Program-made: the position numbers and the translations under genes
In this document: in pieces, positions 1 to 9,461 of the stretch
Numbering within the stretch: the first letter of the stretch is position 1
Layout: every line of letters starts with the position of its first letter
NCBI GenBank assembly: GCA_964466905.1
Contig: CAYXOF010000002.1
Coordinates: 1-44,681, forward strand
Source of the DNA: an uncultured Candidatus Saccharibacteria bacterium
GTDB taxonomy: Bacteria > Patescibacteriota > Minisyncoccia > Phycocordibacterales > UBA918
Direction of reading: 5' to 3'
Length of the DNA stretch: 44,681 nucleotides
The notes under the pieces: model-generated
Database searches by the model: none
What the model was told of the DNA's origin: nothing
Seen by the model: the letters and a program-made list of their open reading frames with translations, nothing else

Positions 1-417
1 GCCCTTCAGCTGCAACAATTCTCCGACCGTCGGAGTATCTCCCGCGATGATTTCCGCGATCCGGGCTTCACCAAGCCGTTCCACCGCACAGGCTTGCATG
101 GCTGGAGTGATCTCGGCTGTCTCTTGATCCATCCCGATAAACTCAAGCGCGGTCGCCTGTGTCGGTGTTAACGACATATCTCGCAGTGGGATGGTTTCGT
201 ATACAGGTGCACTCGTCGTCGGTGCATCGACCCTGGTCGACCCCACCTCTCCTGGCAGCACACTGGTACTGGTGGCTGTCGTGGCAGTACGCTGTGTTGC
301 TACCTCACCAACCACTGGCAATGTACGCTGATATTGTGCTACCAAGTAATACACCAGCACCGAGAGAACCAGAGCAGCTACTAACAAGCAGCTCATGAGG
401 AGTATATACCGCTTCAT
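1..417 (-). CDS. hypothetical membrane-anchored protein, N-terminal 139 codons only (continues past the left edge)
   Basis: My own translation of the minus strand shows no stop from position 1 up to the ATG at 415-417 (MKRYILLMSCLLVAALVLSVLVYYLVAQ...). It has a hydrophobic N-terminal anchor. It is absent from the ORF track because its stop lies outside the window. An ATGA start/stop overlap links it to the upstream small ORF. Confidence 0.5.
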   Translation of the reverse strand, partial: MKRYILLMSCLLVAALVLSVLVYYLVAQYQRTLPVVGEVATQRTATTATSTSVLPGEVGSTRVDAPTTSAPVYETIPLRDMSLTPTQATALEFIGMDQETAEITPAMQACAVERLGEARIAEIIAGDTPTVGELLQLKG

Positions 418-587
418 GGCGCCACGTACTCAACCGGCGCTTGTAAGACACTGATGATCGTGAGGGCAAGTAGTACGAGAAAGATACAGCCACAGAAAAT
501 CGCTAACCGCGGACGCGACAATTCCATATTTCCGGTGTGCCAGTTACGGACAAATAAAAACGAGAAGACAAATTGCCAAAATGACAT
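414..587 (-). CDS. small hydrophobic protein (57 aa)
   Basis: Internal ATG (585-587) of track ORF 414..647, 4 nt after the stop of the 592..915 gene. Its TGA overlaps the next gene's ATG (ATGA), which suggests translational coupling. It has one clear TM segment (AIFCGCIFLVLLALTIISVL). Confidence 0.35.
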   Translation of the reverse strand: MSFWQFVFSFLFVRNWHTGNMELSRPRLAIFCGCIFLVLLALTIISVLQAPVEYVAP

Positions 588-591
588 ATCA

Positions 592-915
592 CTACTGTAA
601 CTTCTTATACAGTGTACCAGTGAATAAAAGGATAAGAATACCACCACCGAGGATAAGCCAGGGGTACTCGCGTAAAATTTCTAATTGCAACATAATTTGC
701 TCAATCCCAAGAAATACTGAAGTTGCACCAATAGCAGTCAACAATAGGTAGACGAACGGAAACCGTCGGCTCAGTCCACGGCGTACTGGCTTGATGGTTG
801 CCTCAAGTTCTCGACTGGTTGTTGTGATGACTGTCTCGACTGACGTAGACACAGCGGTAGCTGTGTCTACGGTATTTTCTACCACTCCTTGAACACGAGA
901 ATAGTTCTTTTTCAT
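592..915 (-). CDS. small membrane protein (2 predicted TM helices), unknown function
   Basis: 107-aa ORF with a Thr/Val-rich N-terminus followed by two hydrophobic helices. It lies 15 nt downstream of the HtrA-like gene on the same strand. Confidence 0.55.
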   Translation of the reverse strand: MKKNYSRVQGVVENTVDTATAVSTSVETVITTTSRELEATIKPVRRGLSRRFPFVYLLLTAIGATSVFLGIEQIMLQLEILREYPWLILGGGILILLFTGTLYKKLQ

Positions 916-930
916 TACCTGAAGTGTACA

Positions 931-2160
931 CTATCGACTTGGCGCCTGCTCCAATGCGAGCGATACTTCTCGCTCGACTCCTTTACTCTGGATACGGAGC
1001 GTCAGTGTGTCACCAACCGCAAAATCACGTAGTGCACTTGCCAGGTCGCGATCGCGCAAGTCTGTACCATTAATACTCAGTATAATATCATTTTCTACGA
1101 GCCCTGCTTTGTCGGCTGGTGAACCTGGCATCACCGCTAATTCTTCTCGAGTTTCGCCACGGATCACGAGCGCACCATAGTCAACTGAAAGATTATTGAG
1201 TTCTTGCACACGGGTGGTAATCATTGTGTATCGAACACCGAGATACGGACGGACAATCTCACCATACGTCGATACCGAATCAACCACCTGCTTTACAACA
1301 TGTGCGGGTAGGGCAAAGCCAATATTGTCAGCCCCACGGGAGGTAGCCACATTCACCCCGATCACCTCTCCAGCGAGATTCAGCAGTGGTCCACCAGAAT
1401 TACCTGGGTTAATCGCTGCATCAGTCTGAATGACCTGATCAAGCTGTTCACTCCGACCTTGGCCATCACTCGCAGTAATTGATCGCGCAAGTCCAGACAC
1501 CACTCCGACCGAAACAGAATTACGGAATTCAGCGAGTGCATTACCAATCGCAATCACGGTCTCGCCTAACTGGAGTGACGTAGAGTCACCAAAGACCAAA
1601 TGAGTGACACCACCCTCAGGGACAACATCAAAGCGTAAAATAGCAATATCAAGCTGCGGATCACGTGCCACGACGGTGACTGCGTGAGAGGTGCCATCAT
1701 TAAGGAGCACTGAATAGCGCGCCTCAGTATCATCGACGACATGCCGATTGGTCACAATGAGCCCATCTTCACTCACAATAAAACCTGAGCCTCCACCAAT
1801 TTCTTGTTCCTCGGTACCGTTTTCGCGAACTCGTGGGATTTGGAAACCACCCCAAAATCCCCACGGATTATACTCTTCATAATAGCGTTCATAGATTGGC
1901 ACATCCTTAGTCACCACCACAGAAACAACCGCAGGATTTGCCGCAGCGACCGCACTGACCACGGTGTGCTCAGTCGTCGAATTACCTGACGGTGGTATTT
2001 CGTTCCCAACAACAATAGTGCTCCCTTGGCCTGTTTCTAAGACATACTGAGCGATTGGTACACGGGCAATGTAGAGCACACTCATCAGTAACAACACCGT
2101 AAGAAAACTTGAAACTACCACCAGAAAACTAACCGAGGGTGTTTTATTATTTGATTCCAT
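931..2160 (-). CDS. HtrA/DegP-family trypsin-like serine protease with C-terminal PDZ domain, N-terminal membrane anchor
   Basis: Catalytic triad context is TNRHVV (His), DIAIL (Asp) and GNSGGPLLN (Ser). A PDZ-like C-terminus is present (PGSPADKAGL..NDIILSING). I moved the start to the ATG at 2158-2160 (MESNNKTPSV...) because the longer track ORF overlaps the upstream gene. Confidence 0.9.
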   Translation of the reverse strand: MESNNKTPSVSFLVVVSSFLTVLLLMSVLYIARVPIAQYVLETGQGSTIVVGNEIPPSGNSTTEHTVVSAVAAANPAVVSVVVTKDVPIYERYYEEYNPWGFWGGFQIPRVRENGTEEQEIGGGSGFIVSEDGLIVTNRHVVDDTEARYSVLLNDGTSHAVTVVARDPQLDIAILRFDVVPEGGVTHLVFGDSTSLQLGETVIAIGNALAEFRNSVSVGVVSGLARSITASDGQGRSEQLDQVIQTDAAINPGNSGGPLLNLAGEVIGVNVATSRGADNIGFALPAHVVKQVVDSVSTYGEIVRPYLGVRYTMITTRVQELNNLSVDYGALVIRGETREELAVMPGSPADKAGLVENDIILSINGTDLRDRDLASALRDFAVGDTLTLRIQSKGVEREVSLALEQAPSR

Positions 2161-2174
2161 ATAGTACTTATACG

Positions 2175-3191
2175 TTACTCTTGAATTGTATCTTTCATAA
2201 ATAATTGCTGGCCGCGCTCCCACATTTCTGGTCGATCTTGAAGCTTCAGCCAATACCACCACTCAGCTCCCCATAGATATTGCTGCTCAAAGTGCGTGGC
2301 TTCCGCATATTCTAAAATATCTTCAAATTTTTGTAAGTTCATCCGCGTGAATTGTGTTTCGAGTGGTACATCAATGATTGGCTCAATGAGCCATGGTTCA
2401 GCGGATAGTTCAATTAATAGCGTTGGTTTTTCTCCGTAACGGAGCGCCATGACATTATCCTTTACCCGGTAAAACCACGGCGGGAGAATCGTTCGAAACT
2501 GGCCGAGCTCAGGATTCCAGAAATGCACATACACACTGGTACCAAATAGGTCACCTCTTGAGTAGGCGCCAGCCCAGGTACCGAGATTTCCACTATCAGT
2601 CACGAGTACGTGACGCGAGGGGTCAAGTCGATTGACGAGCGCAATCTCACGCTCGAGAAAATCTGTATCAAGGACTCCACAGTGTTCAAACGCAAAGACC
2701 TCCAAAAACGGTTCATTCTCGACCTGCCAATAGATAATCGCTGGGCTATTTTTATAGCGTTCAACCACTACTTCAATGTAAGACATAATTGCCGCTTGTC
2801 GCTCAACCTCAGAAAGCGAACGTGCCCATTCGGGAACATGACATTCGGGCCATCTCGGCAGACGCCGACCAACCGCAAAGATGACCGTAGCACCAACCTC
2901 CTCCGCACGCATGATCTGGTAATCAAGCTCGTCGAAATTGAATGTTCCAGGGGCTGGCTCCACCATCGGCCAGTGGGCGGCTAAGCGAAGATGTCGCACC
3001 CCCAGATCATCCAGTATAGCATCGTAGGTTGCCTGCCAATCCAACCCTAGCTCACGCGCGTAGGAAGTATTAAATGACATGCCATACATGATCGTAGCTG
3101 GCTTATCTTTATACGTAAGCACAAGCAAAATCGAACCACACAGTACGCTACCAAAGACAATCCACAGTCCAATTTTTTGCCACCACTTCAT
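2175..3191 (-). CDS. membrane-anchored clan GH-A (TIM-barrel, GH5/GH42-like) glycoside hydrolase
   Basis: N-terminal TM helix. The stretch HWPMVEPAPGTFNFDELD resembles GH42/GH5 strand-loop motifs. WQVENEP is the NEP acid/base motif typical of clan GH-A, and ELSAEPW is a candidate nucleophile. Confidence 0.7.
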   Translation of the reverse strand: MKWWQKIGLWIVFGSVLCGSILLVLTYKDKPATIMYGMSFNTSYARELGLDWQATYDAILDDLGVRHLRLAAHWPMVEPAPGTFNFDELDYQIMRAEEVGATVIFAVGRRLPRWPECHVPEWARSLSEVERQAAIMSYIEVVVERYKNSPAIIYWQVENEPFLEVFAFEHCGVLDTDFLEREIALVNRLDPSRHVLVTDSGNLGTWAGAYSRGDLFGTSVYVHFWNPELGQFRTILPPWFYRVKDNVMALRYGEKPTLLIELSAEPWLIEPIIDVPLETQFTRMNLQKFEDILEYAEATHFEQQYLWGAEWWYWLKLQDRPEMWERGQQLFMKDTIQE

Positions 3192-3207
3192 AAGTACACT
3201 AAGTCTA

Positions 3208-4140
3208 TCATGTGAACAAGATAAAGAAGCCGATACTAATTACTGCAATGTATAAAATTCGCTGCACGATCTCCCGTGGACGCAGTTCGCGGTCAGTTGC
3301 CGCTTCGGGTAAGAGTTTTGCAAACAAGAAACTGATCATTAAGATGAAAATGAAGCGAAGGGCTTCAAGTGCCTGCACCACCGCTACGTCACCCCAATCA
3401 GTTGCCTTCAGTAACAAAAACGCCGCTACTCCGGCGAGAATTTTCGTGAGCAGCACGATCACGCCCGTGCGCGGCGTCGCGGTCACGGTGTGCTCTTTAA
3501 TCTTCTCAAGGTAGACCGGCACCAGGAGTAAGGATAGTGCAAACAATACAAATCCCACGCGCGACCAGAAAAATCCATCATCAAAGCTCGTCTCTTCAAA
3601 CAATCCCTTCATCGTGATGTAGTGAAGCGCAAAAAAAATACCAGCATGGAGTACGTGAAGTACCACATCACGCTTGGGTAAATTTTGGGCGGTCAGTGCC
3701 GTACCAATCGTCAGTAACAGCACTCCCCAGATAAAATTTTGCGACAAGGAAGTACCAAGAAATAGATACGACATGCCAAATGTCGATAGTGCCGCAACCG
3801 CCCCAATAATCGGCATAACAGTCGATGTATCACTCCGTCGCAAAGCATCATACATGGAAACCAATGCCATAAAAAAAGTGTACGCGGCCAAAAACGACAT
3901 CCCAACCACCTGAATACTGGGTGACTGCACGTTCTCGAGGGTCGGCATCCCCAGATCAGCCAAACCAGGAATCCAACCAAGGAAAAATATAACAATCCAA
4001 AATCCCGTCACTAAACACGAGTAAAAAGCATACACAAAGGGCCGCGGGAGCAACCGCTCATCCGAGACGATGTATTTGTCGAGAATCGCCACGACGGCAT
4101 TTAAGAATTGTCCGGCAGTGGCCAAGAGAATCCAGCTCAT
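3208..4140 (-). CDS. EamA/DMT-superfamily-like 10-TM membrane transporter
   Basis: 310 aa and almost entirely hydrophobic helices in two similar halves. It sits between two glycosidase genes with 4-17 nt gaps. Confidence 0.6.
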   Translation of the reverse strand: MSWILLATAGQFLNAVVAILDKYIVSDERLLPRPFVYAFYSCLVTGFWIVIFFLGWIPGLADLGMPTLENVQSPSIQVVGMSFLAAYTFFMALVSMYDALRRSDTSTVMPIIGAVAALSTFGMSYLFLGTSLSQNFIWGVLLLTIGTALTAQNLPKRDVVLHVLHAGIFFALHYITMKGLFEETSFDDGFFWSRVGFVLFALSLLLVPVYLEKIKEHTVTATPRTGVIVLLTKILAGVAAFLLLKATDWGDVAVVQALEALRFIFILMISFLFAKLLPEAATDRELRPREIVQRILYIAVISIGFFILFT

Positions 4141-4144
4141 GCCA

Positions 4145-5368
4145 TTACTCTAGCACGGCATTTTTCTCGATGATTTCCTTATACACGTACGCGGATGGTC
4201 GAATATAGCGCTCTTTGGTTTCATAATCCACTGCCACTAAGCCAAATTTCTTTTCAAACCCAAGTGCCCACTCGTAATTATCCATGAGTGACCAGTAGAG
4301 ATGCCCTCGGACATCAGCTCCGTCCTGTATCGCCCGCCACGTGGCTGCCACTTGCTTAGTGATATATTCTGCCCGATCTGAGTCATCATGATCTGCTATA
4401 CCACCTTCAGATACAAAGAGTGGTTTACGATACCGAGCCAGCATCATAAGCGCGTCATAAATCCGCTCGGGAGCAAAATTCCAGTCCATATCGGTTTTCT
4501 TCCACTGCCGAGTATCACCAAACTGCGTATAAAAATAGTAATTCAGCCCAATGGAATCGATACGTTGTTTGACTCGATTCATGAATATCTTTGTCCACAC
4601 GTAATTTGCCACCGCTGCCTTCAGTTGATTAATTGGATTCCGATTTGCATCAAAAACAATCACATGCTTCACGACACTTATCTCTGTCTCAGGGGAAACA
4701 TGCTTTATTGCCTCGTAGGCGGTATTGTGTGCCGCTGCCAGGTTTTTCATTACCTGCCAATACGTCATGAGTGGTCGTATACCACGAGAAGCCTTTGCCT
4801 CGTACTGACGACCAGAATTCGTGATCGACACGAGATCCGTCAGCGCAAAACGCTTAAACGGCGGCCAGGTACCACGTAGCCACCCATTACTCCCAAACAC
4901 ATTAGGCTCATTCATCGTCGAGAAATGGTCACACAGATCGCTGAGCTCTGCTACCACAAACCGCGCATACCGGGCGAAGATCTCAGGCGAATCCTGGCGT
5001 TCAAACCCGCCAGACTCAGAAAACCACAGTGGGAGGGTAAAATGCCAAATGGTAACAAATGGTTTAATGTTACGAGCCCTCAGCGCTTTGAGTACCTGTC
5101 GGTAGTGTGCAATCACCTCATGGTCATACTGCCCTTCCGTGGGCTCAATCCGTGCCCACTCAAGCGAAAAGCGATGGGCTGTGTGGCCGAGCGACTTTGC
5201 TATATCAAAATCAGCTTCAAAGCGATTGAAATGATCACAAGCAGAATCACACGGTGGCACGCGCCCCGCTCGGGCAGCTTCAGCCCAATCGCAATGTTCA
5301 ATCCCTCCCTCTACCTGATACGATGCGGTCGCCGCACCCCAATAAAATCCTTCTGGAAATGTTTTCAT
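4145..5368 (-). CDS. GH1 beta-glucosidase/beta-galactosidase
   Basis: N-terminal GH1 signature FYWGAATASYQVEGG. TMNEPNVF carries the acid/base NEP. VSEGGIAD sits at the nucleophile position (ITENG-like). Length of 407 aa fits the family. Confidence 0.9.
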   Translation of the reverse strand: MKTFPEGFYWGAATASYQVEGGIEHCDWAEAARAGRVPPCDSACDHFNRFEADFDIAKSLGHTAHRFSLEWARIEPTEGQYDHEVIAHYRQVLKALRARNIKPFVTIWHFTLPLWFSESGGFERQDSPEIFARYARFVVAELSDLCDHFSTMNEPNVFGSNGWLRGTWPPFKRFALTDLVSITNSGRQYEAKASRGIRPLMTYWQVMKNLAAAHNTAYEAIKHVSPETEISVVKHVIVFDANRNPINQLKAAVANYVWTKIFMNRVKQRIDSIGLNYYFYTQFGDTRQWKKTDMDWNFAPERIYDALMMLARYRKPLFVSEGGIADHDDSDRAEYITKQVAATWRAIQDGADVRGHLYWSLMDNYEWALGFEKKFGLVAVDYETKERYIRPSAYVYKEIIEKNAVLE

Positions 5369-5441
5369 GACACTATACTATACCAATCCGAGAGAAACCT
5401 GATGTGGTAGCTGACACCAACCATACCAACCCAAGCATTCA

Positions 5442-6179
5442 TTATAATGATAAACCCTCAACCCTACTCACAAAGCTGTGTGGCGCCAGGTATGTAAACC
5501 AACGCTCATACAAAAGCGCTATGGTTTCTGCGTCCCCAGCTGCTTTTTCGGCTACACGCGTGTAATCGCCCGCCCGAAAAGCGGCCGCCACTTCTTCCCC
5601 ACCGAGCACACTTGGATTTAGCAAACTAAACGCCCCACACAACAATGCTAAAGACGGCCGATGCGGTACACCGCCGTAGTTAGAAAATTCATCAAGTAAA
5701 TCTACGTGATATGGAGCATGCTGCTTCGTCACATACCGCTGGCGGCTGATATCGACACTCGGGCGTATCGAATGTGCGAAGGAACGAAATAGTAAAAACG
5801 GGAGCGTAAAGGCACGCCCATTGAACGTGACAAACACATCATACCCGCGAGCACCTTCCCAAAACTCCAGCAAAAGATCCGCTTCCGTCCGAAATTTTAT
5901 TCGTGGTGTGTCTTCAGCTGCCGCACGATCAGGCTGGGTTTCGGTCACGACATACACCGTCGTCGCCTTTCGATCAAGATCATAGACTGCGAGTGCAGCG
6001 ATACTGCCAGTAAATGGTGACAAGGCAAGACGTTCTTGTACCGCTTTCCGAGACCGGTCTTTATCGGCTTCACTGTGATCACTCGCGTCAATCCACTTGG
6101 TGAGCGCTGCGCGGGAAATTCCTGGTAGCTCACGCCACGGTGTACCAACAGTTTCGATATCAACCACGAGCGTCGACAT
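5442..6179 (-). CDS. predicted 3'-5' exonuclease, RNase H-like fold (PolB-exonuclease-like)
   Basis: The N-terminal LVVDIETVG (DxE exo I motif) and general layout resemble the predicted 3'-5' exonuclease related to PolB exo domain family. Confidence 0.55.
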   Translation of the reverse strand: MSTLVVDIETVGTPWRELPGISRAALTKWIDASDHSEADKDRSRKAVQERLALSPFTGSIAALAVYDLDRKATTVYVVTETQPDRAAAEDTPRIKFRTEADLLLEFWEGARGYDVFVTFNGRAFTLPFLLFRSFAHSIRPSVDISRQRYVTKQHAPYHVDLLDEFSNYGGVPHRPSLALLCGAFSLLNPSVLGGEEVAAAFRAGDYTRVAEKAAGDAETIALLYERWFTYLAPHSFVSRVEGLSL

Positions 6180-6184
6180 AGTAT

Positions 6185-6955
6185 TTAGCGTAGCACAATC
6201 GGCTCAGCCATAAAACAACCGAGAATGCTTTCTGACCCCACATAATAGCGATATGATCCAGCGACAGTCGCTCCGCCACACTCATCAACCACCATTCCAC
6301 CAGACGATCCATAGAGCGGAAATCCATCCAGGGTGTACCCCACCTGTGTATCAGGCCCAAAAATACCATAGAGCGCTGTTTCGGTATTACGGATCAAAGA
6401 CCCATCCATAGCAATACCAACGATATCAGTAGTAATACACTCTTTTTGCTGAGCAAACATCCGCAATGGAATTTGCAGCAAGACATCTGGACTTGATTGG
6501 TACGTCTCGGTACTCGTTCCTGTCGTTATTACTGCAGCCGGAATCCGATACACAATGAGTGCACCCTCGCTTTCTTGGAGCGTGAGTGAGCGCGGATCCC
6601 ACGCGATTTGTGTCATCGTTGGTGTTGGACACGTGGGCACTGCCGGTGGCAGCTCAGGTTCTGTCGCTACGATCGTGGCCTCCGCGACCGCCTCTGGTTC
6701 AGGTGCTGTAATAATCGTATCCCGCTCAGCCGCTAAGCGTGCGCGCATTTCCTCGAGACGCCTTTGGCGCAACGTCGCTTCATCAGGTAACTCGGGTAAG
6801 AGTGCAGTTCGTTCGACCGCATCACCGGTTTTGATGATTACCTCACCCCCGATCAGACGCTCACCGAGCGATTGCCACACCGAAGTGGAAATAATGCCAG
6901 TCACTAGGAATAGTACGACGAGTCCGAATAGTACAAAATCTCGTTTGCGAGGCAT
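6185..6955 (-). CDS. membrane-anchored YHYH-domain-like protein (motif degenerate)
   Basis: The C-terminus LDGFPLYGSSGGMVVDECGGATVAGSYRYYVGSESILGCF follows the YHYH-domain pattern (DGxPxYG...DxCxGH...YHYH...GCF). Here GH is replaced by GA and YHYH by YRYY. I set the start at the ATG 6953-6955 (MPRKRDFVLFG...), supported by TGC-TATAGT 7 nt upstream. Confidence 0.55.
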   Translation of the reverse strand: MPRKRDFVLFGLVVLFLVTGIISTSVWQSLGERLIGGEVIIKTGDAVERTALLPELPDEATLRQRRLEEMRARLAAERDTIITAPEPEAVAEATIVATEPELPPAVPTCPTPTMTQIAWDPRSLTLQESEGALIVYRIPAAVITTGTSTETYQSSPDVLLQIPLRMFAQQKECITTDIVGIAMDGSLIRNTETALYGIFGPDTQVGYTLDGFPLYGSSGGMVVDECGGATVAGSYRYYVGSESILGCFMAEPIVLR

Positions 6956-7016
6956 ACCCCATACTATAGCAAAGGGTGGGGGACTCCGCCCGTCACCCTT
7001 CCCCACTTCCTCATAA

Positions 7017-8330
7017 TTATTTGACCTTCGGCCCCGACGGCACCGTCTTCGTCCGTCCGCGACCTGCCACTTTTATCTCAACCAACTGCTCTACTCGTCT
7101 GATATCGGCTAGGAGCTTTGAACGCTCAGCATTATACATAAAAAGATTAAAGACTGATCGGCCGCCATTGCGAGCAAACACTGCCCGATCACCAATTTTT
7201 TTATTCACGGTAATCGAATAGAATGATTCTAGTTGCTCAATTTTTTTGACGCCTTTCATCTCAACTATCTCACCCTCCTTCGCAGCAAACCACTTCATAG
7301 TACACGCATACCCCTTACACTTCTTTGGAATAATGACTTTTTTTGGTATACGAATCAACACATCATTAAGTGAATGGTCAATATCACAAGAGAGTTGGTG
7401 GAGCACATGTCGAAACCCACCCATTCGCGCACCAATCTCTACTACCTTCCAATCATCATCAAGCTTCATGAGTTCTGTGTGTGCAATTGAGCTACGCAGT
7501 CCAATTGCATGAATGGCATCTTCGGCTGCCTGCTCAGCGCGTGCCACAGTTGCATCCTTCAGACCAGTTGGGGTCATCTGCAAATAATTATAGAAATCAT
7601 CCTGTCCAATTTTCTTGGCCGTCACTTGTTTGACGAGCGGACAGTGATGCACTTCACCCCGGGAGTCGACATAGGAATCAATCGAGTACAAATCGCCATC
7701 CATATATTCCTCAGCAATCACCCGCGGAGCTTCAAGACGATTGTCGATCTTATAGGCTCGCTTGATTGAACGGAAGGTGTGGCGCAGTGCCTTCTCTAGT
7801 TCTTCTTCGTGGTAGCAAATCGTCACAAAGAGACTACCAGCCATATTGGTTGGCTTGATAATGAGCGGAAAACCAACCTTGTCTGCAATGTTCATTCGCT
7901 CTTCAACTGAGTTCTCTTTCACGAGGACAAACCGTGGAGTTATCTTGGGATTATATGCCTTCATCCGGCGACGCATGTCATACTTATCACTCGCCCAACG
8001 GAGAGACTCGGTCGTTGGTGTTCGCAAATACGGTACATGGGGCAACACCTCAATGAAGCGAGCGATACTCTGCTCATGTCGGCAGGTAATCGCCAATAAG
8101 GAGTCACGATACGGGGCCAGCGCCTCGACAATCTTATCAGACTTTGAAAAATCACAGGTCACAAACAGGTCTAGTCCAGGGATCGATGCGCGATCTTTAT
8201 CATCCTTAACCCGACTATCCCAGAGCAACATGACGCGATAGGCAGTGTTGGTCTGAGCCCCGTATTTCGCAATACTTTGCAGCGCACCATCAGGCAAGCT
8301 ATTAACATAAACAATGATGTTTTTTTCCAT
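7017..8330 (-). CDS. ATP-grasp ligase (L-amino-acid-ligase / ATP-grasp_4-like), 437 aa
   Basis: Pre-ATP-grasp N-domain, then KVGFPLIIKPTNMAGS (ATP-binding K), AEEYMDGDLYSIDSY and ELMKLDDDWKVVEIGARMGG (Mg/ATP-binding E.N/E.G region). These are typical of ATP-grasp enzymes. Confidence 0.75.
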   Translation of the reverse strand: MEKNIIVYVNSLPDGALQSIAKYGAQTNTAYRVMLLWDSRVKDDKDRASIPGLDLFVTCDFSKSDKIVEALAPYRDSLLAITCRHEQSIARFIEVLPHVPYLRTPTTESLRWASDKYDMRRRMKAYNPKITPRFVLVKENSVEERMNIADKVGFPLIIKPTNMAGSLFVTICYHEEELEKALRHTFRSIKRAYKIDNRLEAPRVIAEEYMDGDLYSIDSYVDSRGEVHHCPLVKQVTAKKIGQDDFYNYLQMTPTGLKDATVARAEQAAEDAIHAIGLRSSIAHTELMKLDDDWKVVEIGARMGGFRHVLHQLSCDIDHSLNDVLIRIPKKVIIPKKCKGYACTMKWFAAKEGEIVEMKGVKKIEQLESFYSITVNKKIGDRAVFARNGGRSVFNLFMYNAERSKLLADIRRVEQLVEIKVAGRGRTKTVPSGPKVK

Positions 8331-8483
8331 GTGTTTGAGATGGCGTCTTAAAGTGTAATGTTACAAAGTCTCTGTCAGGCAGGCGGATTGCGATTCAGAC
8401 CCTAAAAGCATACACCGAAAAATGAAACGTGCTACACTGCAACACACAAGTTATTAAACACAACTCTTGACAAAATAAAACAT

Positions 8484-9461
8484 ATGAAAAAAATCGACCT
8501 TGCGAGAGCAGTGTATGAAAAAAATGTTGACCTTATCCAAGCGGCTGCACAATCACTTGGCTATACGACTTATCCACTTACAATACAAGGACGCAGTGAT
8601 CTAGATACGCTTGGCTTTATTATCCGCGCACACGGAAAGAGTTGCTACATTTCGGGCAAGACATTTTTCCCTACCGTAGAGCGCTGGCAAGCTGAGTACA
8701 TGAAAGATAAAGCAATCACGGCCAGCCTGCTCGATCAGTACGACTACCAGCAGATTCCGACCTTGATTTTCCATCGAGATAGCAAACACAGTGATGCATC
8801 AATGAGCCGCCAACTCAAGACCCTGCCGCTTCCCCTCGTTATCAAGCCACACCTCGGACTTGATGGCAAAGGAATCGTCACGTGCACATCAATCAAGGCG
8901 GCAAAAGTACAGATCAAAAAACTGTTACAGGCAGCCATCACTGTAGTGGTCCAACCATACATAGATGCTCCAGAATACCGAATATTTGTTACCGATCAAA
9001 AAATAGCGTTTATTCACCGAAAAAAATACCCTGAAGTGGCTGGCGATGGTGCACAGACAATCGAGGAGCTTATTCGCACCGCTACCTACGTCGACCCTGA
9101 CACCGTAGAAAGACAGTGTCAACGATATAAATATCAGCTGACGAGCATCCTGCCTGAAGGTACGTCTCTCCAGACACACTTTACAAAGAAAACTGATCCA
9201 GATTTTATCGAAACAGAGTCATTTGGCACAGTACTCCCACGGTACATCGCTCGGCTTTGCAAAGACCTCTCGCTCGACACTGTCGGCCTTGATGTATTTT
9301 TCTCTGGCTCAATTAAAAAACCTGGGGAGATAACGATTATTGAACTCAATAGCAATCCAGGATTGCGATACCTATCAAACTACTATCCAGACAGTACGAT
9401 CGCCTTTACCACGACGCAAACCATTCTCAAAAACTACTTCACGCGGGGGACAAAGCGATAG
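8484..9461 (+). CDS. ATP-grasp ligase (RimK / cyanophycin-synthetase-like core), 325 aa
   Basis: MKDKAITASLL, LPLVIKPHLGLDGKGI, VVQPYIDAPEYRIFV and ITIIELNSNPGL match the conserved ATP-grasp B/C-domain motifs. Confidence 0.7.
   Translation: MKKIDLARAVYEKNVDLIQAAAQSLGYTTYPLTIQGRSDLDTLGFIIRAHGKSCYISGKTFFPTVERWQAEYMKDKAITASLLDQYDYQQIPTLIFHRDSKHSDASMSRQLKTLPLPLVIKPHLGLDGKGIVTCTSIKAAKVQIKKLLQAAITVVVQPYIDAPEYRIFVTDQKIAFIHRKKYPEVAGDGAQTIEELIRTATYVDPDTVERQCQRYKYQLTSILPEGTSLQTHFTKKTDPDFIETESFGTVLPRYIARLCKDLSLDTVGLDVFFSGSIKKPGEITIIELNSNPGLRYLSNYYPDSTIAFTTTQTILKNYFTRGTKR

Noticed and set aside
159-493. Track ORFs 159..398 (+) and 305..493 (-).
   Set aside because: Both overlap the open minus-strand frame 1..417, which has a proper ATG, a membrane anchor and ATGA coupling.
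1196-5410. Plus-strand track ORFs lying opposite the HtrA, GH-A, EamA and GH1 genes (for example 1196..1429, 2610..2984, 3212..3514, 4388..4879 and 4925..5410).
   Set aside because: They lie entirely antisense to genes with strong family motifs. They have odd composition (Arg/Ser/Cys-rich) and no start signals, so they are shadow ORFs.
8422-8457. An 11-codon ORF (MKRATLQHTSY) in the divergent region between two ATP-grasp genes, considered as a possible graspetide/RiPP precursor.
   Set aside because: It is far shorter than known ATP-grasp-modified precursors. It has no SD or leaderless promoter geometry and no Asp/Glu plus Lys/Thr core pattern.
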